Below, piece by piece: positions 32,938 to 43,866 of a stretch of 64,000 bases of DNA. Positions within the stretch are counted from its first letter, which is position 1. Each line of letters begins with the position of its first letter. The translations under genes and the position numbers were made by a program. The notes below the pieces were generated by a model, which saw only the letters and a program-made list of their open reading frames with translations, was not told the origin of the DNA and made no database searches. The stretch is from Calditrichia bacterium (GTDB lineage: Bacteria > Calditrichota > Calditrichia > JAJRVZ01), in the NCBI GenBank assembly GCA_963777955.1, contig CAVZSQ010000022.1, positions 224,001-288,000 on the forward strand. The letters run 5' to 3'.

Positions 32938-33962
32938 ATGATGAAAAGCAGATATTTATTTATTTTTTTGATTGCGGCCGATTTGCTTTTGGCCCAATAT
33001 AAGAGTAACGTGTCTAATGTGGCGACTACGGCAGCACCGTTCTTGCAGATCGGTGTGGGTTCACGGGCAATCGGTATGGGCGGAGCATTTGTGGCCACGG
33101 CAAACGATGCCAGTGCCATGTACTGGAATCCGGCCGGATTGGGTAAATTAAATTCAGCCGAATTGATTTTTGTACATACCAACTGGCTGGCTGACATTAC
33201 TTTTGACTATGCCGGAGTTATTCTGCCGCTCGGTAAGATCGGAACACTCGGAGCTGGCATCACTCATACTGAACATGGGTGAAATGGAAGTCCGCACAGA
33301 AGATATGCAGGATGGTACAGGCGAATTTTTTAATGCCAGTGACCTGGCTTTGACCGTATCTTATGGATTCAGTTTAACCGACCGTTTTGCTTTGGGATTA
33401 AATGTGAAATACCTGCTGCAACGGATCTGGAAAGAGAGTGCTCAGGGATTTGCCATTGATATCGGTACTATTTACCAGACCGGCATCACCGGTTTACGTA
33501 TCGGAGCAGCACTCACCAATTTTGGTACCGATATGCGAATGGAAGGTGATGACCTGTTGGTCTATCATGATATTGATCCCTATCAATCGGGTAATAACGA
33601 TCGTATTTTTGCAGAGTTGCAAACCCAAAGTCTGGCCATTACCACTGAATTTTCAACTCGGTCTGGCCATGGACATCATTCAGAGTCCAGCACATCGTTT
33701 AACCCTGGCCAGCGATGCTATCCATCCGATTGATAATAAAGAAAGTATCCACCTGGGTGGCGAGTATGCGTTGCTGGAAAGATATTTTTTACGTCTGGGT
33801 TACCGGAGTCTGTTTCTAAATAACAGCGAGGAAGGCCTGACGGTCGGTGGCGGTATAAGCATGCCGCTGTTGGGTAATTTCAGGATTAATGTCGATTATG
33901 CCTATGCAGACTTTGGCCGTCTGCAGAATGCACAACGCTTTTCAATTAATTTAAGGTTTTAA
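32938..33962 (+). CDS. PorV/PorQ-family outer-membrane beta-barrel (+1 frameshifts near 33265 and 33630)
   Basis: APFLQIGVGSRAIGMGGAFVA..MYWNPAGL, GGEY..LRLGY, VDYAY, terminal F. The three ORF fragments are in successive +1 frames. Confidence 0.85.
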
Positions 33963-33964
33963 TT

Positions 33965-34005
33965 TTCCGTGTAGCATTGCTTAAAGGTTATGCTACATCA
34001 CGGAA
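33965..34005 (+). terminator. Bulged stem-loop between the porV-like gene and the ABC genes
   Basis: TTCCGTGTAGCAT...ATGCTAC(ATC)ACGGAA; no U-tract follows. Confidence 0.45.
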
Positions 34006-34016
34006 GGTGATAAAGA

Positions 34017-35360
34017 TTGTGGTACCTCAATCACAGTATGCCGGTATATTATGGGCGAAGATATACTACCAGCAGCATCCGCACCTTTGAAAAACTCTTT
34101 CTAATCTTCATTTATTTTTGTGTCTCATGCGACCACAAAAATCCAGGGCAGAATGAAACACTGCTCTACTGGTCGGCCAATAATCCCTATGAGACTGAAT
34201 TTGCTCAGGCAGTAGTGACTGAGTGGAATATGCTTTTTCCGGAGACACCGGTTCATTTTCAACCAGTTCCCGAAGGCCGCTCCAGTGAAGAAGTAATTCT
34301 GGCAGCGGTGGTAGGTAAAACGACACCCGATATTTATTCCAACATGTGGCAGGGGGATGTTGAATATTTTGCACAGGCAGGTGTACTGGTTCCTCTTGAC
34401 ACTCTGGCCGGTTTTATCGATTCGCTGTACCAGCGCTGTGACAGTTCGGTGGTTAGCGAGATCACTTCGCAGGATGGTCACATCTATCAGGTACCCTGGA
34501 AGATCAATCCGATCATGTTGCTCTACAATCAGAATCTGTTCAGGGAAATTGGTTTTAACCAACCACCGCAGACTTATTCGCAATTTTTTAAGGCGGCTGA
34601 AAAAATGAAAGCGGATCTGAATGGAGATGGATATGTAGATCGCTGGATTGGTTATTCTGAAGTATTGGTTACCTGGTGGCAACGGTTTTTCGATTTTTAT
34701 CCGCTTTATCTGGCGGCCTCCAACGGCGGCATGCTGATCGAGAACAAGCAGGTGGTATTCGATAATGTTTATGCTGTTGAAGTCTTTGAATTTTTAAAAA
34801 CCTTGTACGATCAGAATTATTTTTCCAGGGAATTTTTATCTGCCCGCCAGGATGTATTTTTATCCGGGATTATTGCCAGTCGCTTTGCTGGTCCATGGGA
34901 AATCATACATGCTGAAAAGTTCAAAGCGCAGGGATTTAATTATTCGTTCAGCCCTTTACCGGCTCCGGACGGACATGAAGGGGCTATTTATACTTACGGT
35001 GATCCCAAGAATATAATTATATTTAATACTTGTCAGCAACCACGACAAGCCATGCGTTTTATCTTATTTTTAATAAACAGAAAAAATGATTTACGATTAT
35101 TACAGATAACCACGCAATTGCCCAGACGAAAAGAATTATTTGCCGATCAACAGTATGCCGAATATTTTCAGCAAAATCCCCAAATGATTCCATTCGCTCT
35201 TCAGGCCCAACACGTCCGCGGGACCGACAACTGTCCACAATTGAAAGAAATTTTCGATATCATTTCACAGGAATATGAAGCCTGTGTCATCTATGGAGTA
35301 AAATCACCAGCTCAGGCGGTTCATGATGCTGCCCGGGCAGCACAGGTGTTGTTAGAATAG
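34017..35360 (+). CDS. Sugar ABC transporter solute-binding protein (start uncertain)
   Basis: Lipobox-like FCVSC; GKTTPDI, DGHIYQVPW, LLYNQNLFREIG..PPQTY, GPW. Confidence 0.9.
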   Translation: MWYLNHSMPVYYGRRYTTSSIRTFEKLFLIFIYFCVSCDHKNPGQNETLLYWSANNPYETEFAQAVVTEWNMLFPETPVHFQPVPEGRSSEEVILAAVVGKTTPDIYSNMWQGDVEYFAQAGVLVPLDTLAGFIDSLYQRCDSSVVSEITSQDGHIYQVPWKINPIMLLYNQNLFREIGFNQPPQTYSQFFKAAEKMKADLNGDGYVDRWIGYSEVLVTWWQRFFDFYPLYLAASNGGMLIENKQVVFDNVYAVEVFEFLKTLYDQNYFSREFLSARQDVFLSGIIASRFAGPWEIIHAEKFKAQGFNYSFSPLPAPDGHEGAIYTYGDPKNIIIFNTCQQPRQAMRFILFLINRKNDLRLLQITTQLPRRKELFADQQYAEYFQQNPQMIPFALQAQHVRGTDNCPQLKEIFDIISQEYEACVIYGVKSPAQAVHDAARAAQVLLE

Positions 35361-35391
35361 AAGATTAAAGATATAAGATAATTACAAAAAC

Positions 35392-36255
35392 ATGATACAA
35401 GGCAATAAGACAAAAACTATTCCTTATCTGATGGTCTCGCCCTATTTGTTGCACTTGCTTGTCTTTGTGCTTTTTCCGGTAGTATTCTCTTTATACCTGA
35501 TGTTTTTCCGGTGGAATATTATATCACCAATGGAATATATCGGTCTGCAGAATTTTTATAAATTATTCCAGGATAGGCTGTTTTTCAGGTCGTTGGGCAA
35601 TACCCTGATTTTTCTGGTGATTCACATCCCGTTGCAGATCATAATCGCTTTATTGCTGGCCGAGTTGCTTAATCAAAAAATAAAATTCAGATCGTTTCTA
35701 AGGGCATCCTACTTTCTGCCGGTTATCATCTCCGGGGTGGTTGTAACTATCGTCTGGTGGCAACTTTATGGCTATGATACCGGTCTGCTCAACCGGATTT
35801 TAATAAAACTTAATCTACCGAAAATGGGCTGGTTGATCAGTCCCGCCATGGCGATGCCTTCCATTGCCCTGATGGCTACCTGGAAAAATGTGGGGCTTTA
35901 TGTGGTATTGTTTCTGGTCGGTTTACAGAGTGTGCCTCACCACTATTATGAAGCAGCTGAAATTGATGGGGCTTCCCATTGGCAACAATTCAGATACATC
36001 ACACTACCGGCAATCAATCCAACGATTTTTATGGTGGTGGTCCTCTCAACTATCGGCGGGTTTTCGTTATTTATCGAACCTTATATAATGACTGGTGGCG
36101 GCCCGCTCAACAGTACTATGTCGGCAGTTTTATATATTTATAAACAGGCTTTTACTTATTATCACATGGGATATGCTGCGGCACTTGGATTCTTCTTCGC
36201 GGCTCTAATCATGCTGGTGGTAATAATTCAAAGAAAACTGATCGAGAAAGATTGA
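35392..36255 (+). CDS. Carbohydrate ABC transporter permease (MalF-like)
   Basis: YEAAEIDGAS EAA loop, FLPVIISGVV, MTGGGP. Confidence 0.95.
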   Translation: MIQGNKTKTIPYLMVSPYLLHLLVFVLFPVVFSLYLMFFRWNIISPMEYIGLQNFYKLFQDRLFFRSLGNTLIFLVIHIPLQIIIALLLAELLNQKIKFRSFLRASYFLPVIISGVVVTIVWWQLYGYDTGLLNRILIKLNLPKMGWLISPAMAMPSIALMATWKNVGLYVVLFLVGLQSVPHHYYEAAEIDGASHWQQFRYITLPAINPTIFMVVVLSTIGGFSLFIEPYIMTGGGPLNSTMSAVLYIYKQAFTYYHMGYAAALGFFFAALIMLVVIIQRKLIEKD

Positions 36256-36256
36256 G

Positions 36257-37075
36257 TTGGACGTGCTGAAAAAAATATTGCTCTACTCGGTGCTACTGGC
36301 CGGGGCTCTGATGTTCCTCTATCCCTTCATCTGGATGCTCAGCGCTTCTCTGGCCCCGGAGAATGAGTTGAGTGATCTGGTCCTTTTACCCAGCCACTTC
36401 ACCCTGAGCAGTTATGTCCAGATGCTGGCCAAGATTCCTGTCGGACGGGCTCTGTTCAACAGTTTATTTGTTTCTATTTCAGTAACCGCCGGCGTGCTGA
36501 TCTTTAGTTCAATGGTCGGTTATGCCCTGTCACGTCTTCAATTTCGCGGTCGCGAGGTGATCTTTTACATTATCATATTTACCATGACCTTACCTTTTCA
36601 AATCACCTTAATCCCGCAATATATACTGATCGTTAAATTTGGCTGGGTTGATACTTACTTGGCTTTGATCGTACCCTACTTCATGAATGCCCTGGGGATT
36701 CTCATTTTTCGGCAGCATTTCAAAACGATCCCACAGGATTTGATCGATGCCGCCCGTATTGATGGTTGCGGAGAATTCCATATTTTGTTTAAGATATTAT
36801 GGCCTATCTCCATCCCAGCCCTGGTCACAGTCGCAATCTTAACCTTTTTAGGTACCTGGAATGAGGTATTGTGGCCCTTGATTGTCATCCGCACTGAAGA
36901 ACTTATGACCATGCCGCAGATGGTGACTCTTTTTGCAGTGGGTGGACGGGCCGAAGCACAATTGGGCGTCAAACTGGCTGCCGCCACCATGCTGGCTCTA
37001 CCCATCCTGATAGCTTATACATTTTTCCAGAGATATTTTATTCAGAGCATGGCTTCAACTGGATTAAAGGAATAA
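36257..37075 (+). CDS. Carbohydrate ABC transporter permease (MalG-like)
   Basis: IPQDLIDAARIDGC, WNEVLWP, FFQRYF. Confidence 0.95.
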   Translation: MDVLKKILLYSVLLAGALMFLYPFIWMLSASLAPENELSDLVLLPSHFTLSSYVQMLAKIPVGRALFNSLFVSISVTAGVLIFSSMVGYALSRLQFRGREVIFYIIIFTMTLPFQITLIPQYILIVKFGWVDTYLALIVPYFMNALGILIFRQHFKTIPQDLIDAARIDGCGEFHILFKILWPISIPALVTVAILTFLGTWNEVLWPLIVIRTEELMTMPQMVTLFAVGGRAEAQLGVKLAAATMLALPILIAYTFFQRYFIQSMASTGLKE

Positions 37076-37077
37076 TT

Positions 37078-38350
37078 ATGACTTGGCAGAGTAATTTAAT
37101 AAAAAAACAGCGACTGATTCTTAAACCAGACTCTCAAAGAGTGGTGGGACAATTTTTTGATCCGGGCAATGCTGAGCGGATGCATAAAATCGCCCGGCGG
37201 ATAGCGGGATTGACCGACCAGCAAGTCCAGGAGTTACTCCACCTGGTCAACCGGGAATTTGGTAAGCGACATCGTGATTTTAAGAATATGATCACGGAGC
37301 ATTTTTCCAAAATCGTCCGGATTTTTCCGGAATATGATTTGATTACGGCTGATCGAAAAATGCTGATCGGGGCCTACTTTAGCAAAGAGTATTCTTTTGA
37401 ATCCAGCGCCCTGATGAATCCTTCCATGGTCTTCTTTAATCACGGTCATCAAGAGAGCCGAACCATGGTACCTTTTATCATGAGTTTAAGGGCGGTTGGT
37501 GAAGGGCATGTTTCTTCGGTGACCTTCCGCAGCGGTTATCTGCGAACCGATGGTAACATTGTAATGGATAAAAAGTCAAAATGGGCTACATTGCCCGATG
37601 TGATTATCCATCCCTTTGAACCGGAAGCACCCGTGCAGATACAGTTTGCCCAGAATATTCCACCCGCAGAAAGAGTTTTGTATCCTCTTACCGTTGATGA
37701 ATGTAACGGGATCGAAGATGTACGGCTGGTACGTTTTATCAACGATGACGGATCGGTGATTTATTATGCAACCTATACAGTCTTATGATGGAAAAACCAT
37801 CAGTATAAAATTGCTGGAAACGGCCGATTTTGAATCTTTCAAAATATATCGCCTGCAGGGAACGGCAGTTCAGAATAAAGGATTTGCTCTTTTTCCTCAA
37901 AAAATCTCCGGTAAGTTTGCCATGATCTCCAGGCAGGATGGAGAAAATATATATATTATGTACAGCGAACACCTGTTGCACTGGGACCAGGCCGATGTAT
38001 TATTAGTACCGGAATTTCCCTGGGAATTTGTACAGAACGGTAACTGCGGATCACCGCTTAAAACAGATGAAGGTTGGTTGCTGCTTACGCATGGTGTAGG
38101 TCCATTCCGAAAATATGTGCTAAGTGCCCTGTTATTGGATCTGGAGAATCCGGCCCGTATCAAAGCACGTTTGCAGGAACCCTTACTCTGTGCCGATGAA
38201 AATGAAAGACATGGATATGTGCCTAATGTCGTGTATTCCTGCGGAGGACTAATCTGGCGTAAACGCCTGATTCTGCCATATGCCGTTTCGGATTATGCAA
38301 CACGAATTGCTACCATTGAATTAAAAGCATTATATAATAGAATGAGTTAA
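37078..38350 (+). CDS. Glycoside hydrolase family 130 protein, long form with N-terminal extension (+1 frameshift near 37785)
   Basis: EYSFESSALMNPS, SLRAVGEGHVSS, NGIEDVR, NKGFALFP, GNCGSP, LTHGVG, GYVPNVVYSCG. Confidence 0.85.
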
Positions 38351-38396
38351 TATGGGTACGCTGAAAGTACATACTTTAAAGAAAGGGTATAATACT

Positions 38397-39299
38397 ATGC
38401 CGGTGCAACGATTTGAGAAGAATCCGATTATAACAGCAGGGGATATTCCCTTTCAGGTTAACAGTATTTTCAATGCCGGTGCAGTCAAAATGAAAGACCG
38501 CTATATATTACTTTGCCGTGTGGAAATGCCGAATGGACGATCTGCTTTCGTGCGGGCGATCAGTACAGATGGCATTCATTTCCAAGTCGATTCTAAACCG
38601 TGTTTAACACCTGCTCAACATAGCGAATGGTCGACTTATGTCCAATGGGGAATTGAGGATGCCCGTATCACCGCGTTAGAAGGGAAATTCTATATACTAT
38701 ATACCGGTTATTCGTCTCATATGCCCCTGGTTATGCTGGCCCAGACTGATGATTTTCAGCAGTATAAAATATTAGGACCAATCACGGAACCATCAAATAA
38801 AGATGCAGTGCTGTTCCCTGAAAAAATAAATGGGTTCTATTGGAGATTAGATCGTCCCACAGCTGAAGACCGGCGGGAGATCTGGATTAGCCGAAGCCCG
38901 GATCTATTACACTGGGGCTGGTATCACTTTCTGCTGCAGGGAGAATCGGGGACCTGGGAGAATGATAAAATCGGAGCCTCATCACCACCTGTGCGTACCA
39001 GAGAAGGCTGGTTGTTGTTGTATCATGGTGTCCGCGGATTTGGGCTCAGTTCGATTTACCGCTTGGGTGTGGTTTTACTCGATCTTGAAAGTCCATGGAA
39101 AATCAAAGGAAAGAGCAGCGTACCCATACTCAGCCCGGAAATGGATTATGAACGGCTGGGAGATGTTCCCAATGTTATTTTCTCGACCGGCTGGATTGTG
39201 GAAGATAATCAGGAAGTGAAAATATATTACTCCGGTGCCGACACGAATGTATGTCTGGCTACGACCACCATTGATTATCTATTATCATTGTGCAGGTAA
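38397..39299 (+). CDS. GH130 beta-mannoside phosphorylase-like protein
   Basis: IFNAGAV, GIEDARIT, NKDAVLFPEKING, LDRP, LYHGV, GDVPNVIF. The ORF track starts it at 38352. Confidence 0.9.
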   Translation: MPVQRFEKNPIITAGDIPFQVNSIFNAGAVKMKDRYILLCRVEMPNGRSAFVRAISTDGIHFQVDSKPCLTPAQHSEWSTYVQWGIEDARITALEGKFYILYTGYSSHMPLVMLAQTDDFQQYKILGPITEPSNKDAVLFPEKINGFYWRLDRPTAEDRREIWISRSPDLLHWGWYHFLLQGESGTWENDKIGASSPPVRTREGWLLLYHGVRGFGLSSIYRLGVVLLDLESPWKIKGKSSVPILSPEMDYERLGDVPNVIFSTGWIVEDNQEVKIYYSGADTNVCLATTTIDYLLSLCR

Positions 39300-39317
39300 A
39301 GGTGCGGGTCACTAATA

Positions 39318-40608
39318 ATGAAAAATTATTGGACACTGGTTTTACTCTCTCTGCTGCTGACATTTAATTGCTCCAGGAGAATGGATCTGTCGACCTCCAC
39401 CCTGGTTAATACAGCACATCTAGATCATTTGTACGAAGATATCACCGTCGATAGTATACCTATGGCCATTATCCATATCTATAGTAACTTTCCCGATTAC
39501 CAATGGATTGATGCTGAAGGCGAAGGGATTACCTGTGTAGATGATGTAGCCCGTGCGATAATTTTCTATCTTGAACAGTACAAAGTAAGTGGTGATATAG
39601 AGTACCGCAAGAAAGTAAAGAAACTGGTCAGTTTTCTTCAGTACATGCAGGCAGCGAATGGCTGGTTTTATAATTTTATGAAATCTGATTATAGCATAAA
39701 TACCACTTATAAAACCAGCGTAGCCCTGCCGACCTGGTGGACCTGGCGTGCCCTCTGGGCTATATCGGAAACCGCCTTGCAACTGACCGGCCAGGACGGC
39801 CCGGATAAAAAGCAGCTGCAAGCATGTATGACTAAATCTGTACAACAATTACTTCTTCAGCAACCGGACACTTCCAGTTTTAAAAAAATAGCGGGGTTGG
39901 AACTTCCAACCTGGCTGCCTTATGAAACAGGTGCCGATCAGGCAGCAGTACTGATCTTGTTCCTGCTTAACTATTATAAATTAACGGGTACACCTGAAGT
40001 GCTGCCCTATATCAAAGAATTATGTTCGGGAATTATACTTATGCAACAGGGGGATAAAAGAAATTTTCCTCATTATGCCTTGCTGAGCTGGGAAAACAAC
40101 TGGCATGGCTGGGGTAATTCCCAGTCTTATGCTTTATTACAGGCTTATGCAGTTATACCCGATCCGGCTTTACTCACCACAGCTTTGAACGAGATTGATA
40201 ATTTTTATAATTACCTGTACCAGCAGAAATATTTAAACAGTTTTTCCATAAAAAAAGTGGCTGATCGCTTACAGGTTATTTCAAAACAACAATTTTCGCA
40301 AATAGCCTATGGGCTGCGACCAATGATCTGGGCCTGTTTACAGGCCGGGGTGATTACCGGAGATGCCCGCTATGATAAACAGGCAGGGCAATTAGTCCGG
40401 ATGGTTTTTCGGCGATAATGCGGCAGAAAAACGAATGTATGATCCCCACACCGGCCGGTGTTTTGATGGTATAAATAGTACGGATAAGATAAATGAAAAT
40501 TCGGGAGCAGAATCGACCATCGAAGCACTATTGACCCTGATCCGGATTGAGCAAAATCCTACAGCCAGACTGAATTTATTCGAGTATATGAACACCAGAT
40601 CAGAATGA
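39318..40608 (+). CDS. Lipoprotein with putative (alpha/alpha)-toroid glycoside-active domain, family unassigned (+1 frameshift near 40400)
   Basis: Lipobox TFNC; EGITCVDDVARA, WWTWRALWA; +1 frame tail WFFGDN..TGRCFDGIN..NSGAESTIEALL ends at 40608. Confidence 0.7.
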
Positions 40609-40638
40609 GAGATGGTTTAAATGATCGTTTATAATCGT

Positions 40639-40652
40639 ATTAATCGTTTAAA
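40639..40652. promoter_or_regulatory. Candidate LacI operator O3
   Basis: ATTAATCGTTTAAA; its reverse complement TTTAAACGATTAAT matches O2 at 13/14. It lies upstream of the probable ATG at 40702. Confidence 0.55.
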
Positions 40653-40701
40653 TTATTTGTTATCTGCAGGATCAGCAGAAATCCGTACAAAAAAGATAAT
40701 A

Positions 40702-43700
40702 ATGATAGCTACTTTTATATTCTGCAATCTGGTTATTTCTTCACCCGCACAGCAGATTGACATCACCCGTATCGAGCAGATGCCCAATTTACCCGAGCCT
40801 TATGAAATGCGTGACTGGAAACAGGTTGCACTTGGTTATGATTCGCTGGTTTTTGATTTCGATCTCAGTGGCCAGTACCTGCCCCTGGTCTGGATGGATA
40901 ACGACGGTGTAAATTATCCCGGCCATAGTCGTTTTGGATTACATACGGTTGTTGGCACCCCCTATCCTGGTTCAGCAGAAGGGATTAATTTACTACCGGC
41001 AGTGATAAGTGCAACGCTGGCAGGGATCGACAAAAGCAATCAGCATGGCTTGAATTGGGTACTGATGTGTGAAGAGTTCTTTAACCGCCGTCCTCAGGAA
41101 AATGTATATTTAAATGCACCGGTTTACAACAGCGGACAGGATTGGTGGTATGATACCATGCCCAATATTTTTTTCTATCAGTTATACAATTTTTATCCGC
41201 ATACCGGGGATTTTGATTTTCAGTTTTCCATGATTGCCGACCGCTGGTTGAAAGCGGTTCAAATCATGGGGGGCAGTGACACCCCCTGGCATGTACCTGC
41301 CATGAATTACCGGGGCTGGTATCTGGAAACGATGACCGGTAATATCGATAATTTTCCCTATTATGAACCAGAAGCGGCCGGTGCAATAGGCTGGTTATTA
41401 TATCAGGCTTTTGTTTACACTGGCCAGCAAAAGTACCGAATCGGCGCAGAATGGTGTCTGGAATTTTTAAGCGGGCGATCGGCCTCGGCCAATCCTGCCT
41501 ATGAATTGCAATTACCTTATGGTGCTTATGCAGGTGCCCGCATGAATGCTGAATTGGGCACCAGTTATGATATCAGTAAAATAGTTAACTGGTGTTTTAC
41601 TACCGATGGGAATGTACGCGACTGGGGTGCCACCCTGGGTAACTGGGGCGGTTATGATTGTTATGGCTTGATTGGAGAGGCAAAATATACGGGCAGTGGA
41701 TATGCTTTTGCCATGAATACATTTGAACAGACCGGTGCACTGGTGTCAATGGTCCGTTATGATGACCGCTTTGCCCGGGCTATTGGTAAGTGGGTGTTGA
41801 ATGCAGCAAATGCATCCCGGTTATTCTACTCCAATTATCTGCCGGATTCCAATCAGGATAGTGAATTGTGGGCACAGCAGTACGATCCCAATTCCTGCAT
41901 CGCCTACGAAGCCCTGCGTGAAACAGGCTGGGATGGCTTGACCAAGCCATTTGCTACCGGAGATGCCATTCGCGGCGGTTGGGGCGCAACTAATCTGACT
42001 CTGTATGGTTCATCCCATGTCGGGATCTTTGGTGCGATCATCGATACTACCAACATCAGCAGAATCCTGAAACTGGATGTGCTTAAAACCGATTATTATC
42101 GTTCCACCGCTTACCCTACTTACCTCTATTTTAATCCCTATGCTCAGGATACCATGGTCAGCATCGATGTTGGAAATACGAGTTGTGATTTGTATGACGC
42201 GGTGAATAATACATTTTTAGATCAAAATGTCATTGGTCTGACTTCGTTTCCCATCGCTGCAGATGCCGCGGTCTTAGTGGTACTTACTCCGGCAGGAGGT
42301 ACAGAAACCTATAGATCTGGATAAAATGTTAATCAATGGCGTGGTGGTGGATTATCGGTCAGGCCAGCCGGTTACCAATTATCCGCCGCGGATCAAAAGT
42401 CTGGCCGCCGGCACAGATCTGGCTATGATCAATGAACCGGTAAAACTGTATTGTACCTGCAGCGATAAAGACGGGGATCTGCTTACTTATTATTGGCTGG
42501 CCGATTCAGGATCATTCTCGGGTAGTGGTAATAGTGTGGACTGGCTGACCCCCTCCACCCGCGGACAGTACCTGATTAAGTGCACCGTTATTGATAATCA
42601 GGGGGGAGAGGCTGCAGACAGTGTGGTAATCAATGTAACGGATAATCGTAATCCGAGTATTATTGAATTAAAGGCCAATCCTGCCGAGATCGATTCCCTG
42701 GAAATTACCGAACTGAGTTGTACAGCAGAGGATCCGGATGGTGACTCGTTGCAGTATCATTGGACTGTAATGGGTGGAGTGTTGAATGATTCACTGCAAA
42801 AGTATGTTATCTGGACAGCACCGCGACAATTTGGATTGTACTGGCTGGTGTGCAAAGTAACCGATAACCGGGGCGGTGAAGTTACCGATAGCCTGGGAGT
42901 CAGTGTGGGTCACCTGGTTGCTTATTATACTTTGGATAATAACACGGAAGATTTTAGTGGATTTGATCACAATGGTCTGGCTTCGGGAGTGACTGCGGTT
43001 GAAGACCGGCAGGGTATTCCAGATAAGGCATTATATTTTGATGGGCTAAATGATTATATCAGGATTGCCAATAGTCCGGCTCTCAATAATCAAAAAGCCA
43101 TCACGATCAGTTTATGGATTAACATTTCTCCTTACGATTCAACTCAGGAAGCTTATCCTATTTCACATGGTAACTGGGAAAACCGCTGGAAAATATCGAT
43201 CACCGCTAAGAAAATTCGCTGGACCATTAAAACGGATACCACAATTAATTCAGGAGTAAAAGATCTCGATTCGCAAAGCCAGTTGAAATGGGATACCTGG
43301 TATATGGTCAGCGCAACGTATGGAGATGGGAAAATAGAAATTTATATCAATGGTGTTTTAAATTCTGCTTCCACCTGGAATGGTTTATTACTGACCACGC
43401 CGATCGACCTGGTACTGGGTCAGCATTTACCGGGTAGTAACGGATATAATTTTAAGGGAGCGTTAGATGATGTGCGGATTTTTAATCAAATACTAAGTGC
43501 AGCGGATATACTGGAAATCTATAATCAAAGTACTGGTGGTTTTGAGAGTGTTACTGATGCGGGACCGGTTACTTTTCAATTGTATCAGAATTATCCTAAT
43601 CCTTTTAATCCGGTTACCAGTATCATGTTCTCGCTGCCCACAGCAGGGCAGGTACAATTAATCATTTATGATCAATTGGGTAGAATTGTAAGTCGATTAT

Positions 43701-43831
43701 TAAATGAAAAAAGAAATGCTGGCCTGCACCGGTTAATCTGGCACGGCGGGACCTGCGCTTCAGGAATTTACTATTTGCGACTGACTGCAGCCGGTCACTC
43801 TGAAACCAAAAAAATGGTATTATTACGTTAA
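40702..43831 (+). CDS. Large secreted multidomain protein: unassigned N-terminal domain, two PKD/Ig-like domains, LamG domain and T9SS CTD (+1 frameshift near 42315)
   Basis: ORFs 40621-42324 and 42326-43831 join as TETY-DLDKMLING. DKDGDLLTYYW and DPDGDSLQYHW Ig-like units, ALYFDG..FKGALDDVRIFN LamG, QNYPNPFNP..KKMVLLR. Confidence 0.8.
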
Positions 43832-43866
43832 CCATTTCTTTATAATCTGGGTGGTAGTCAGACAAA

